A DNA stretch of 48,328 nt from a virus, in UHGV virus genome UHGV-0207328; one strand, 5' to 3'. Position 1 is the stretch's first letter. The number at the start of each line of letters is the position of its first letter. Shown here piece after piece: positions 1 to 7,610 of the stretch. The translations under genes were made by a program, and so were the position numbers. Under the pieces are notes generated by a model that had not been told where the DNA came from, searched no databases, and saw only the letters and a list, made by a program, of their open reading frames with translations.

Positions 1-11
1 ATTATGAAGAA

Positions 12-36
12 TAAACCCCCTTTCGGGGGTTTTGTT
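12..36. terminator. rho-independent terminator hairpin AAACCCCC-TTTC-GGGGGTTT with T-run; closes the major tail gene (minus) and, across the window junction, the C5-MTase cassette (plus)
   Basis: perfect 8-bp GC-rich stem, 4-nt loop, TTTTGTTTT follows on plus strand. Confidence 0.6.
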
Positions 37-792
37 TTATGCAGTGACGGTGACGACGCACTTAGTCGAGTCAACGTAATCCGGGTTGGTAGCCGAATCA
101 GTAACACGGCAGAAGTACGCACCAGCATCACCAGAGGCAGCGGTTGCTTTGGTGAAAGTGTCAGTGGTTGCGCCACTAATCAGAGACGTTCCTTTGTACC
201 ACTGATAGGCATAAGGCTCAACACCGCCAGCTGCGACAACCGGGCCAAGCGTCAGGGTTGCGCCAGTCGCAACACTCTTGGTCGCGGCGATATCGGTGGT
301 CAGCGTCAGGTCTTCGATGCTGGACACGTCAACGGTAGAGCCATCATACGGCTTGAATTCAACAGAGCCGGTGATGATGTCGTTGGTGCCGCCATCGTAG
401 CTCAGAGCGGTAATGTTGCAGTAAGCCACGACAACAGTATTACCGGTGGTCTGGCGAACCCACAGCGACGGCTGGCGACGCGCTTTTACTTCGGTGACAA
501 AGTATTTGATGAGGTTGTGCACGCCATACTCATCAGCCTTGTCAGCCTTGCGAACTTCAAAATCACCGGAAATGGTGAGGTCTGCGGTAGTGACCAGCGT
601 GGCGACAAAGCCATCGCCATCGTCAGCCTCTGAGGTGGTGGTGCTTGGGCTGAAGTCGACGCCTTTTGAGGTCATGGGAGCAAAAAACTTCCAGTCTTCC
701 TCTGCTGGCACAGCATCCCAGCAGCCATCAGCCAGCTCGATGAGCGACTGGCGACCTGTGATGATGCCGTTATCATTTGCACAAATAGCCAT
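37..792 (-). CDS. major tail protein with C-terminal Ig-like (Big_2-type) domain
   Basis: 251 aa. C-terminal TLTLGP..GG.EPYAYQW..GATTDTF..AGAYFCRVTDS Ig-like motif. Immediately precedes tail chaperone and tape measure across the junction, with a terminator after it. Confidence 0.55.
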   Translation of the reverse strand: MAICANDNGIITGRQSLIELADGCWDAVPAEEDWKFFAPMTSKGVDFSPSTTTSEADDGDGFVATLVTTADLTISGDFEVRKADKADEYGVHNLIKYFVTEVKARRQPSLWVRQTTGNTVVVAYCNITALSYDGGTNDIITGSVEFKPYDGSTVDVSSIEDLTLTTDIAATKSVATGATLTLGPVVAAGGVEPYAYQWYKGTSLISGATTDTFTKATAASGDAGAYFCRVTDSATNPDYVDSTKCVVTVTA

Positions 793-837
793 GTTTAGAA
801 TCCTCTGTGTTTAGCTAAACAATCGCATTATATCATG

Positions 838-866
838 TTGACAGGTTTTGATTGGTGGTGTAGATT
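838..866 (+). promoter_or_regulatory. sigma70-like promoter TTGACA-N17-TAGATT
   Basis: -35 TTGACA 838-843, 17-nt spacer, -10 TAGATT 861-866 preceded by TG. Confidence 0.5.
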
Positions 867-1337
867 AAATGGCAGATAGTTTTCGGTGCGACTTTGCGGG
901 TTTTTAGAAACTGACCACAAAGATAAATGCAAACGAAGAAATGTATCTGGTAGTAGCCTGACGGATAAACACCAGCAAGGTCTTCCGACTCCTTGTCAAT
1001 GAATTCGGCGCATTGCGGCCCTGAGATGTGATTAATAAATCAGGGCACACAACAGGTAAGAGCATTAAAGAACTGGCAAAGAGCTTAACGGTCTGCGAAA
1101 GCATTTCTTAGTGGCACAACTGGCCGGTACAACTGAGTGCTCTTTCCGTTGTGGTAATGCGGCTATGCGCACGTGGCAAGGTAGAAATATACTCCCGATT
1201 GACTATGCCTGCTGGATTTACCGACCAGCAACCTGGAGGCACCAGGGCCACAACAATAAATTTCTGGTTTAGCTCAGCGGCAGGCGAGCTGACTCGTAAG
1301 CAACATTTCTCTGAAAAGACATTAAAAAGGGTGTTAG

Positions 1338-1535
1338 ATGAAAGAATTATATGAAAAATTTAGACCGCTGGCGTCTGTAATTCTCGTTTTGATTATCTGT
1401 GTGAACCTGATTGCTCCCGGTGTTTTACACTACAATAATTTTATCTATGGATTCATGGTTTTCCTTGCAGTATGCGTTATTTTATTGGCTGTGATTGGCG
1501 ACCTTCTCGTTTGGTTAAAAAATGTTAATAAATGA
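1338..1535 (+). CDS. small membrane protein (65 aa, two hydrophobic segments)
   Basis: GGGTG RBS 6 nt upstream. Hydrophobic stretches VILVLIICVNLIAPGV and FMVFLAVCVILLAVIG. Confidence 0.4.
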   Translation: MKELYEKFRPLASVILVLIICVNLIAPGVLHYNNFIYGFMVFLAVCVILLAVIGDLLVWLKNVNK

Positions 1536-1630
1536 CAAACATTCTCAAAGCAATCAAGGAAGGCCTCAGCAAGATGGTTGAGGCGGGATTCACCAAGGAA
1601 GAGCAGGCGCAAAAAGTTATTCCTAAGTAA
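1532..1630 (+). CDS. 32-aa ORF translationally coupled (ATGA overlap) to the membrane protein gene
   Basis: ATG overlaps upstream stop. Not in the ORF track because under 60 aa. Confidence 0.2.
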   Translation: MTNILKAIKEGLSKMVEAGFTKEEQAQKVIPK

Positions 1631-1637
1631 AAATAAC

Positions 1638-1662
1638 AGGCCGCATCAGCGGCCTTTTTACT
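1638..1662. terminator. bidirectional rho-independent terminator (AGGCCGC-ATCA-GCGGCCT + T5)
   Basis: 7-bp GC stem with T-run on both strands. Ends the plus cassette and overlaps the stop of minus gene 1658-2041. Confidence 0.55.
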
Positions 1663-2041
1663 CACCAAAAACAACCCTCAGCAACAACTCATAAACCGGC
1701 CTTTGCTCTGTCGTAAGTGTTGGGCGTCCAAGCGGCGCCTGTAGCTGAATCATACCAATGCAGCTATCAACGGGATGCTCCTTGATGTATGCGATGACAT
1801 CAAGCGCTTTTGCTTTTGTTTCCTCGATATTGTACTGACCCTGCTGGCCGACAACATAGAGCGAAAAATAATAATCATTGCCGAGGTCTTTGCTTACATT
1901 CGTACCGCCATTGGATTGCAGCACCATAAACCGATCTGTGCCAACTTCGGTATCGTTCCAGAACTCAAGCTGAGAAGTCCACCCGTCATAAAGACCGGCA
2001 TCGCTAAGGTACTGGTCAACAAGCTCAAGCATATCTCTCAT
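1658..2041 (-). CDS. tail completion / tail terminator-like protein
   Basis: 127 aa. Position between neck genes and major tail gene. No diagnostic motif recognised. Confidence 0.35.
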   Translation of the reverse strand: MRDMLELVDQYLSDAGLYDGWTSQLEFWNDTEVGTDRFMVLQSNGGTNVSKDLGNDYYFSLYVVGQQGQYNIEETKAKALDVIAYIKEHPVDSCIGMIQLQAPLGRPTLTTEQRPVYELLLRVVFGE

Positions 2042-2454
2042 TTTAGTGTCATCTCTTTTTTAATTACCTGATCGACAAGCTCGCGTGTGTTTTCGCCAGC
2101 CTTGAGAAGGAATTTAGGCTCGCCGCTTTTATCCCACACGTTACCCTTTCCTTTGAGCCGTCCTGTGCGCGGCGTATTCGTGCCAAGCAGTTTACCTAGT
2201 GCATTATGGACATACAGGGCGTAATTAGCAGCATATCCAATCTTGCCAGTTATGCGAGTGCCATTAACCTCAACGGTGTCGTACTGGCTGTTTATCAGCG
2301 CCGATGTGGCTACTGGCGTCATGGAAGCAGATTCAGTCCTGATGATGTAGGTGGCGGCTTTTATTGCTGATACCGCCTTCTCGCCAGTAATCTCGCTGAC
2401 TATCTGCTGAGTGCGCTTAATAGCCTGCTGGATACCTCTCATTTTGGCGGCCAT
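2038..2454 (-). CDS. neck / head-tail joining protein (HK97 gp10-like size and position)
   Basis: 138 aa. 4-nt overlap with the downstream gene, within the connector gene block. Confidence 0.4.
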   Translation of the reverse strand: MAAKMRGIQQAIKRTQQIVSEITGEKAVSAIKAATYIIRTESASMTPVATSALINSQYDTVEVNGTRITGKIGYAANYALYVHNALGKLLGTNTPRTGRLKGKGNVWDKSGEPKFLLKAGENTRELVDQVIKKEMTLK

Positions 2455-2558
2455 TATTTCATCCAGTAATGCAGTTGCCAGATGGGTTTGACACCTAACC
2501 GCATCAAGTCAAGATTAAGCTGCGCGCACTTCAAAAGTCTCTCTCTTCTGCTCATACA

Positions 2559-2903
2559 TTACCCCGTTACCAGTGCAAAATCAGGCAGGTCATTACGGTC
2601 TAACGTATTGCCGTAATTTACGACGTTTCTAATCTGGTCAGCTCCGGAGGCCAGCGGGTCAGCATTGGTAATGGTGCCAAGCATGATGAAATCGCCAATA
2701 GATGCATTCTGGTATTCCGTCCAGAATGTATTTTTCTGTGCAATCTCATTGCCAGCTGTTCCGGTGGTCAGATTCTTATCGAAGCCATAATCACACATGA
2801 TGGACTCTGGCGCGGCAAATGTTGGCTTGCCATACTTATCCTTGCCAGTAAGCCGCCAGATTGTGCATGGCTGCGTATAGCTCCATCTCGCTATTGCTGA
2901 CAT
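2559..2903 (-). CDS. head-tail connector (head closure-like) protein
   Basis: 114 aa, position. The start overlaps a 44-aa upstream ORF. Confidence 0.35.
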   Translation of the reverse strand: MSAIARWSYTQPCTIWRLTGKDKYGKPTFAAPESIMCDYGFDKNLTTGTAGNEIAQKNTFWTEYQNASIGDFIMLGTITNADPLASGADQIRNVVNYGNTLDRNDLPDFALVTG

Positions 2904-3021
2904 GGTGTGTCCTCAAGAGTATAAATCCAGCGCGGAACTGGAAGGCGCAGCAATACCAGGATAACCAGCAGCGGCATGCACCATTTACGGATTGCGATAT
3001 TTACAGTTAATGTTGACGTTT

Positions 3022-3414
3022 TCATCTGCACTTACTCCCGGTAACAACCCGAAACCACGGCTTTGCACTTCCATCAGGCTCTTCCACAAGGTCGCCTGTG
3101 CAGTCTGCTGTATCGAGTAGTTTCATCTGATTGTAAAGGGCCATCCACGGCTTGCTGCCATAGCCAAATGACTGTGACGCACCAGACGGCGCCCGGTGGC
3201 TGGTGATGTATCTCCCGGCCGTATTTGAGGCGATCAGGATGGATGCCCATAGCAGAATTGCATCCTGCCTGCATGTATCTTCAGGGTAATTAAGCTCAAG
3301 GCACTCTGTAATGCTCGCCACCAGGCACAGGATGCCCGTTGCGTCCGCCGTGGTGATAGTTACGCCTCTTGACGCCATGGCGGCGACAAGTTCACTTGCT
3401 GTCGGTGCTGCCAT
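3022..3414 (-). CDS. head-tail adaptor-like protein
   Basis: 130 aa from the internal ATG at 3414 with GGGAGAG RBS. The longer 153-aa frame would overlap the upstream gene by 90 nt. Confidence 0.3.
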   Translation of the reverse strand: MAAPTASELVAAMASRGVTITTADATGILCLVASITECLELNYPEDTCRQDAILLWASILIASNTAGRYITSHRAPSGASQSFGYGSKPWMALYNQMKLLDTADCTGDLVEEPDGSAKPWFRVVTGSKCR

Positions 3415-3679
3415 TCTTTTTGCTCTCCCGAATCTTCCACCACATCTCAAAAAGGTTTTTTGCCACCAGTGACAGCGCGCCAAGTATAGAGGCTACCGCT
3501 GCCCACTCGGTAATCGAATGGGGGATCATTGAGGCAATGTATGATTGTGCGACCGGCGTCTGCTCTGCCACCTTCAGGCCAAGACCTGTGCCGATGGATG
3601 TATAACCGGCTTTGTCGATTACCTGGCCGACAGTGCCACTAATTATCTGGTTTGCGGCGTGCTGAAGCGCGTCTCTCAT
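3392..3679 (-). CDS. hypothetical structural protein, C-terminal hydrophobic segment
   Basis: 95 aa. First gene of the leftward block after the convergent terminator region. Confidence 0.3.
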   Translation of the reverse strand: MRDALQHAANQIISGTVGQVIDKAGYTSIGTGLGLKVAEQTPVAQSYIASMIPHSITEWAAVASILGALSLVAKNLFEMWWKIRESKKNGSTDSK

Positions 3680-3840
3680 TAATTATTCTCCGAATGATGA
3701 ACTTCCAGCATCTGTACACCTGAACCAGCGAAAACGCTATGACGATAACGCCGATTGCTATATCCAATTTCGCCGCCTTACGTTTTTCAGGACGGAACAG
3801 CGCGGGGTGAGTGTTGTTGGTTTAATTTTATCATAAAGTG

Positions 3841-3869
3841 TTGACGTAGATTGAGGGTGCTGCTATAGT
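3841..3869 (+). promoter_or_regulatory. sigma70-like promoter TTGACG-N17-TATAGT carrying the conserved TTGACGTAGATT 12-mer
   Basis: -35 3841-3846, -10 3864-3869. A second GACGTAGAA copy lies at 3874. Confidence 0.55.
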
Positions 3870-3908
3870 GATGACGTAGAAACAACAATAAATGTTAGAG
3901 GTGATGAG

Positions 3909-4109
3909 ATGAGTAATATGAGTTATTGCAGATTTCGTAACACGTTGCATGATTTCGATGACTGCGTTGATGCTGTAGGTAATGCTGAATCAATTAATGA
4001 CTTCAGTAAGCCAGAGCGAGAGGCTGCTGAGCGCATGTATGAACTGGCCATAAACTATGTAGAGTGGTTTGAACAGTTAAAAATTGAAAATGGTGATGAA
4101 GATGAATGA
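3909..4109 (+). CDS. hypothetical protein (66 aa)
   Basis: ORF following the promoter. Acidic C-terminus. Confidence 0.45.
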   Translation: MSNMSYCRFRNTLHDFDDCVDAVGNAESINDFSKPEREAAERMYELAINYVEWFEQLKIENGDEDE

Positions 4110-4386
4110 ATTCAAAGGTACGCCGGGGCCGTGGTCAGTTAATGAGATAGGCCAGCACTGGAATAACAAATCACTAACTCACCTGGAAATTACTTTTGGT
4201 GAGGATGGTGAATGCATTTGCGACACTGTTTATCAGCGCGAAGATGCCAATCTCATCGCCGCTGCGCCTGAACTGCTGGAAGCTCTGGAGATGCTTGTAG
4301 TCTTCACCACTCCAACAAAAAGGAATGCCGCTGCCTTGAGCAAGGCTCATGCCGCCATTACCAAAGCACTCGGAGAATCCAAATGA
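4084..4386 (+). CDS. hypothetical protein (about 95-100 aa)
   Basis: ORF overlapping the upstream stop. Start ambiguous (4084 or 4096). Confidence 0.45.
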   Translation: MKMVMKMNEFKGTPGPWSVNEIGQHWNNKSLTHLEITFGEDGECICDTVYQREDANLIAAAPELLEALEMLVVFTTPTKRNAAALSKAHAAITKALGESK

Positions 4387-4502
4387 TTCGCCACGAAATC
4401 CGCAAAGAAGACCAGAAGGGATGGCTCAAGTTCAAGATTCAACTGGCGGTTATCGTTATTAGTGTTGCTGTTATTAGTTTTTATTGCTTATCTAAGTGAG
4501 GA
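4383..4502 (+). CDS. 39-aa single-TM peptide
   Basis: ATGA overlap with the upstream stop. LAVIVISVAVISFY hydrophobic core. Confidence 0.3.
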
Positions 4503-4506
4503 AAAG

Positions 4507-5322
4507 ATGACATCTCTCGGGAAAATTTACTCAGACAAAGAAACTCGCGGCGGAATCGTGGTCAACAAAGGTTATCAGGTTCCTGTCGACCAGCTTTATC
4601 TTGAGCCGGGATACAACATCCGCGAAGCAGATGAGCAGCACGTTGAATATTTCGCGCAGTGCTGGGAATCAGGCCAGCCAATCCCGGCGTTAACTGTTAT
4701 TCCTGATGCTGACGGAAAGCGCATCAAGATTCTTGACGGCCAGCATCGTTATCTTGGCGCACTGCGTGCCATTGAGCGCGGCGTGCCAATTGCGCGCATT
4801 GAGTGCAAAGACTTCACCGGCGATGAGGCGGATAAAATCGCCTTCATGGTGTCATCCAGTCAGGGTAAGCAACTCGACCCGCTTGAGCGCGCAAAGGCTT
4901 ATGTGCGCCTGAAAGGGTTCGGATGGACGAATGAAGAAATCGCCAAGAAGGTCGGCCGCTCTGTTTCTGATGTGCAGATGCACCTGTCACTTGGTGATGT
5001 ACCTGACGCTATCAAGCAGCGTATCAATGCAGGCCAAATCAGTTATGCCAACGCCGTTGCAGTGGCGCGTGAGCATGGCGATGATGCCGTTAACGTTATT
5101 GATGCTGCCGTTGAGGAAGCGAAAGCGCAGGGCAAGGATAAGGTGACGGCGAAAACGCTCAAGGCCAAAAAAGTTAAGCCGATTGACCGCCTGATTCAGT
5201 TACTGAAAGAAGCAGATCATATAGTTGTCGCTGAGGGCCATGTGGCACAGGAGACAGAAGAATTTTTGCGCCTTCCCTCTGCTGAACTGAATGAAGTGCT
5301 GGCGATTCTGGAGAAGTTGTGA
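4507..5322 (+). CDS. ParB-like nuclease superfamily protein with DGQHR motif (DndB-like / ParB N-terminal domain)
   Basis: 271 aa from ATG 4507 (GAGGAAAAG RBS). Motif ILDGQHRYLGALRAIERG, with a C-terminal helical Lys/Ala-rich region. Confidence 0.6.
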   Translation: MTSLGKIYSDKETRGGIVVNKGYQVPVDQLYLEPGYNIREADEQHVEYFAQCWESGQPIPALTVIPDADGKRIKILDGQHRYLGALRAIERGVPIARIECKDFTGDEADKIAFMVSSSQGKQLDPLERAKAYVRLKGFGWTNEEIAKKVGRSVSDVQMHLSLGDVPDAIKQRINAGQISYANAVAVAREHGDDAVNVIDAAVEEAKAQGKDKVTAKTLKAKKVKPIDRLIQLLKEADHIVVAEGHVAQETEEFLRLPSAELNEVLAILEKL

Positions 5323-5516
5323 TGATTACAATTGGCACTGTTGCAAAAAACATAAAAGAAGGCGATCACATCCTAATGCGAGACGGCGTGGCTCGCCAGG
5401 TGGAGAAAATTCACTATCAGGAGGACATAATCGCATTTGAAATGAAGCGTTACGAAGAAAAAACAAGGCATTTCTTATTTTATGATGAATGCGCAAACGT
5501 GGTGGATAGTTGGTAA
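5319..5516 (+). CDS. hypothetical protein (65 aa)
   Basis: ATGA-coupled to the ParB-like gene. Confidence 0.4.
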   Translation: MMITIGTVAKNIKEGDHILMRDGVARQVEKIHYQEDIIAFEMKRYEEKTRHFLFYDECANVVDSW

Positions 5517-5689
5517 TGAACCCCGAACAATTCATGGAGAAAAACCTGCGCGAAAAACTGCCAGGCATCGACAACGCGGCCATAGAGGCCGCAATTACCC
5601 ACTACAGGCGCAACCAGAGTGAAAAGAAGGGCAAGACTTTCGATGAATGCCTGAAGGTTGCAAAACAACACATGGTGAAGGTGAAGTGA
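5516..5689 (+). CDS. hypothetical protein (57 aa)
   Basis: TAATG coupling upstream, TGATG coupling downstream. Confidence 0.3.
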   Translation: MNPEQFMEKNLREKLPGIDNAAIEAAITHYRRNQSEKKGKTFDECLKVAKQHMVKVK

Positions 5690-6225
5690 TGAAATTAAAA
5701 GTTAGCAAGTTGCTCATTGAAGGTGCTTTGATATTTCAGGCCAAACAGGATGTGCGTTACTACCTGAATGGCATTTGCTTTATGCCTGATGGTCGCGTTG
5801 CCGCTACTGACGGTCATCGCGCCATGATTGCCAGTAAGCACGAAAACAAGATAAAAAGTAACGTCATCGTGTCGATAAGCAAGTCGCCGACAAAAAATTA
5901 CTCTTATGCAGTGATTGATACCAGGGCAAAGATCGTCACTTATCATAACAATTTTGATGTGCTGGTTGGCGCAGGTATTTGCTCTGAGGTTGATGGCAAG
6001 TTCCCTGATATTGATCGCATCATCCCCAATCAAACCGCGCCAGCAGAACAGATTGGCTTTAATGCCAAATATCTGGCAGATGTTGAGAAGCTGGCGAAGC
6101 TGTTTAACCCGAAATATGAAGGCGTGCGCTTTGAACTGAACGGCAACATCAACGCCGCTGTCGCAAACATCAGTGCGCCAACTGGCGAGACTGCCAAAGT
6201 TATTGTTATGCCAATGAGGATTTAG
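5689..6225 (+). CDS. truncated DNA polymerase III beta sliding-clamp (DnaN) homolog, 178 aa
   Basis: Blocks QDVRYYLNGICF, ATDGHRA, VDGKFPD, IGFNAKYLADV and C-terminal VIVMPMRI match E. coli DnaN domain II/III blocks QDVRYYLNGMLF, ATDGHRL, VDGRFPDY, IGFNVSYVLDV, VVMPMRL. RBS GAAGGTGAAG. Confidence 0.6.
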   Translation: MKLKVSKLLIEGALIFQAKQDVRYYLNGICFMPDGRVAATDGHRAMIASKHENKIKSNVIVSISKSPTKNYSYAVIDTRAKIVTYHNNFDVLVGAGICSEVDGKFPDIDRIIPNQTAPAEQIGFNAKYLADVEKLAKLFNPKYEGVRFELNGNINAAVANISAPTGETAKVIVMPMRI

Positions 6226-6479
6226 TGATGAAAAAGAATGGCGTTTTTACTCAGAAGGACGACTCAAAAGTTGCCAGTCTTGGCGATGGTTACGTTGGCA
6301 TTAAATTTGGCTCTTGCCATGGTGAAAAGTTAATAGCTATTGCGAATAGCATAAATCGAGGGGTGCCTGGCGATGAAGTTGATGATATTGATGAGGCGGA
6401 AATTTATATCACATTCAAAGACAACGCCTCAATTCAGCGGCTGATTGATGGCCTCGTCAATCTCCGCGACCATAAGTAA
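6225..6479 (+). CDS. hypothetical protein (84 aa)
   Basis: ATGA-coupled last gene of the cassette. Confidence 0.45.
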   Translation: MMKKNGVFTQKDDSKVASLGDGYVGIKFGSCHGEKLIAIANSINRGVPGDEVDDIDEAEIYITFKDNASIQRLIDGLVNLRDHK

Positions 6480-6482
6480 ACA

Positions 6483-6509
6483 AAGCCCCGAAAGGGGCTT
6501 TTCTTTTAT
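6483..6509. terminator. bidirectional terminator AAAGCCCC-GAAA-GGGGCTTT + T-run between convergent genes
   Basis: perfect 8-bp stem, TTCTTTT after it. Confidence 0.6.
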
Positions 6510-7327
6510 CAAGGCAGATAAGCATCATCCTCAAACCATGAAACATAAGCATTGATATTTTGAGCCGCAGTATCCAGGGATGTGATGCGTAACAGGTAGG
6601 TAGTATTAGGCGCCATGATGACCTGTTCACCGAGCTTTGCCTGCGAATTACCCTGCCCCTGATTAGATGCGTTTCCTTCACTATACGTCGCCGCCATCGT
6701 CAGCTGCCCAATACTTGTCACAGTAGAGCCGGTAAGAAGCTGTGCTGTTGCAGTATGCGGTGCAATATCATTTGGGTTATTAATCTCCGCAGCGGTGCCG
6801 CCAGTGGCTACAGCTCCACGGTAAATTGACGCTATGACACCTTTACCGGTGTATCCGATTATGCGCTGGTTAAACACAACCTGTTTTGAGCCGGTAATAA
6901 AAATGCTGTCAAGGTTAGCCCCGCCAGCGACATCAGTCACGCGACGCGATGCGGTGAATAGCTTTCCCTGCTTGTTGGCAAGCTCGGCATAGGACTGAGC
7001 GACAACCTGACTTGATGGCACTGAGGTGTCAGCTCGCCACACCAGGACTTTCAGGGATGCCACGCCAGCAGGAAGTTGTGACTTAATCACTTTCAGTCGC
7101 AGCGCGATGCCATAATAATTATTATTGTTAACGTCAATCCAGAAGTCACCAGATGCAAACGGCGATACCATTACGGAAACAGAGCCGCTTGTTAATGGTG
7201 CATGACCGCCGGAAGAGTTTAATGGCACAATCTGCACCTGCAATGCAGTCCAGTCTGCTGACATAGTTTCGCCAAGCAAAACCTCTCCGTCAGCCGGAGT
7301 TGTGTTTATTTCGTACCTGACAGCCAT
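6509..7327 (-). CDS. putative virion structural protein (272 aa)
   Basis: ATG 7327 with GGGGG RBS. Gly/Ser/Thr/Asn-rich beta-type composition. Located between the MCP and connector genes. Confidence 0.45.
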   Translation of the reverse strand: MAVRYEINTTPADGEVLLGETMSADWTALQVQIVPLNSSGGHAPLTSGSVSVMVSPFASGDFWIDVNNNNYYGIALRLKVIKSQLPAGVASLKVLVWRADTSVPSSQVVAQSYAELANKQGKLFTASRRVTDVAGGANLDSIFITGSKQVVFNQRIIGYTGKGVIASIYRGAVATGGTAAEINNPNDIAPHTATAQLLTGSTVTSIGQLTMAATYSEGNASNQGQGNSQAKLGEQVIMAPNTTYLLRITSLDTAAQNINAYVSWFEDDAYLP

Positions 7328-7340
7328 GATAACCCCCAAT

Positions 7341-7372
7341 AAAAAAACCCGCTTGTTTGCGGGTTTATTTTA
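7341..7372. terminator. hairpin AAACCCGC-TTGTT-GCGGGTTT flanked by A- and T-runs (bidirectional)
   Basis: 8-bp stem with poly-A upstream and poly-T downstream. Confidence 0.5.
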
Positions 7373-7564
7373 CTTGGTTTTCTTCGCCTTTGGCTGCGAT
7401 TCTTGCGGAGTTGCAACTTCCAGAATTTTCTCACTAACCGGGCGAAGTTTTGACTCAATGTGCGGAGTCGATTCTTCAATGATATCGCCAATAGCAAGTT
7501 CACGGAGGCGACCGTCTTTATCCTTGATGAAGATTCCGCTGGCGATTACTTCGTATTTAGCCAT
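7370..7564 (-). CDS. hypothetical protein (64 aa)
   Basis: AGAGG RBS. Lies between two terminator hairpins after the MCP gene. Confidence 0.4.
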   Translation of the reverse strand: MAKYEVIASGIFIKDKDGRLRELAIGDIIEESTPHIESKLRPVSEKILEVATPQESQPKAKKTK

Positions 7565-7580
7565 GATAACCTCTGATAGT

Positions 7581-7610
7581 TAAAAGGGGCTATTCGCCCC
7601 TTTATTTTTA
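7581..7610. terminator. terminator hairpin AAAGGGGC-TATT-CGCCCCTTT immediately after the major capsid gene
   Basis: GC stem with T-run on the minus strand. Confidence 0.55.

Noticed and set aside
4-814. Plus-strand ORFs of 209 and 122 aa overlapping the major tail protein gene
   Set aside because: They lie antisense to a gene with a clear Ig-like tail-protein signature and terminator context. They have no RBS and a low-complexity Arg/Gly/Ser composition typical of antisense frames in GC-rich coding DNA.
1268-1300. tRNA-like D-arm sequence TAGCTCAGCGG
   Set aside because: No complementary acceptor stem and no anticodon or T-arm could be folded, so it is not a tRNA.
1151-1354. 67-aa ORF in the leader after the 838 promoter
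   Set aside because: It has no Shine-Dalgarno sequence and an unprotein-like composition. I left it out of the features and treated the region as a leader.
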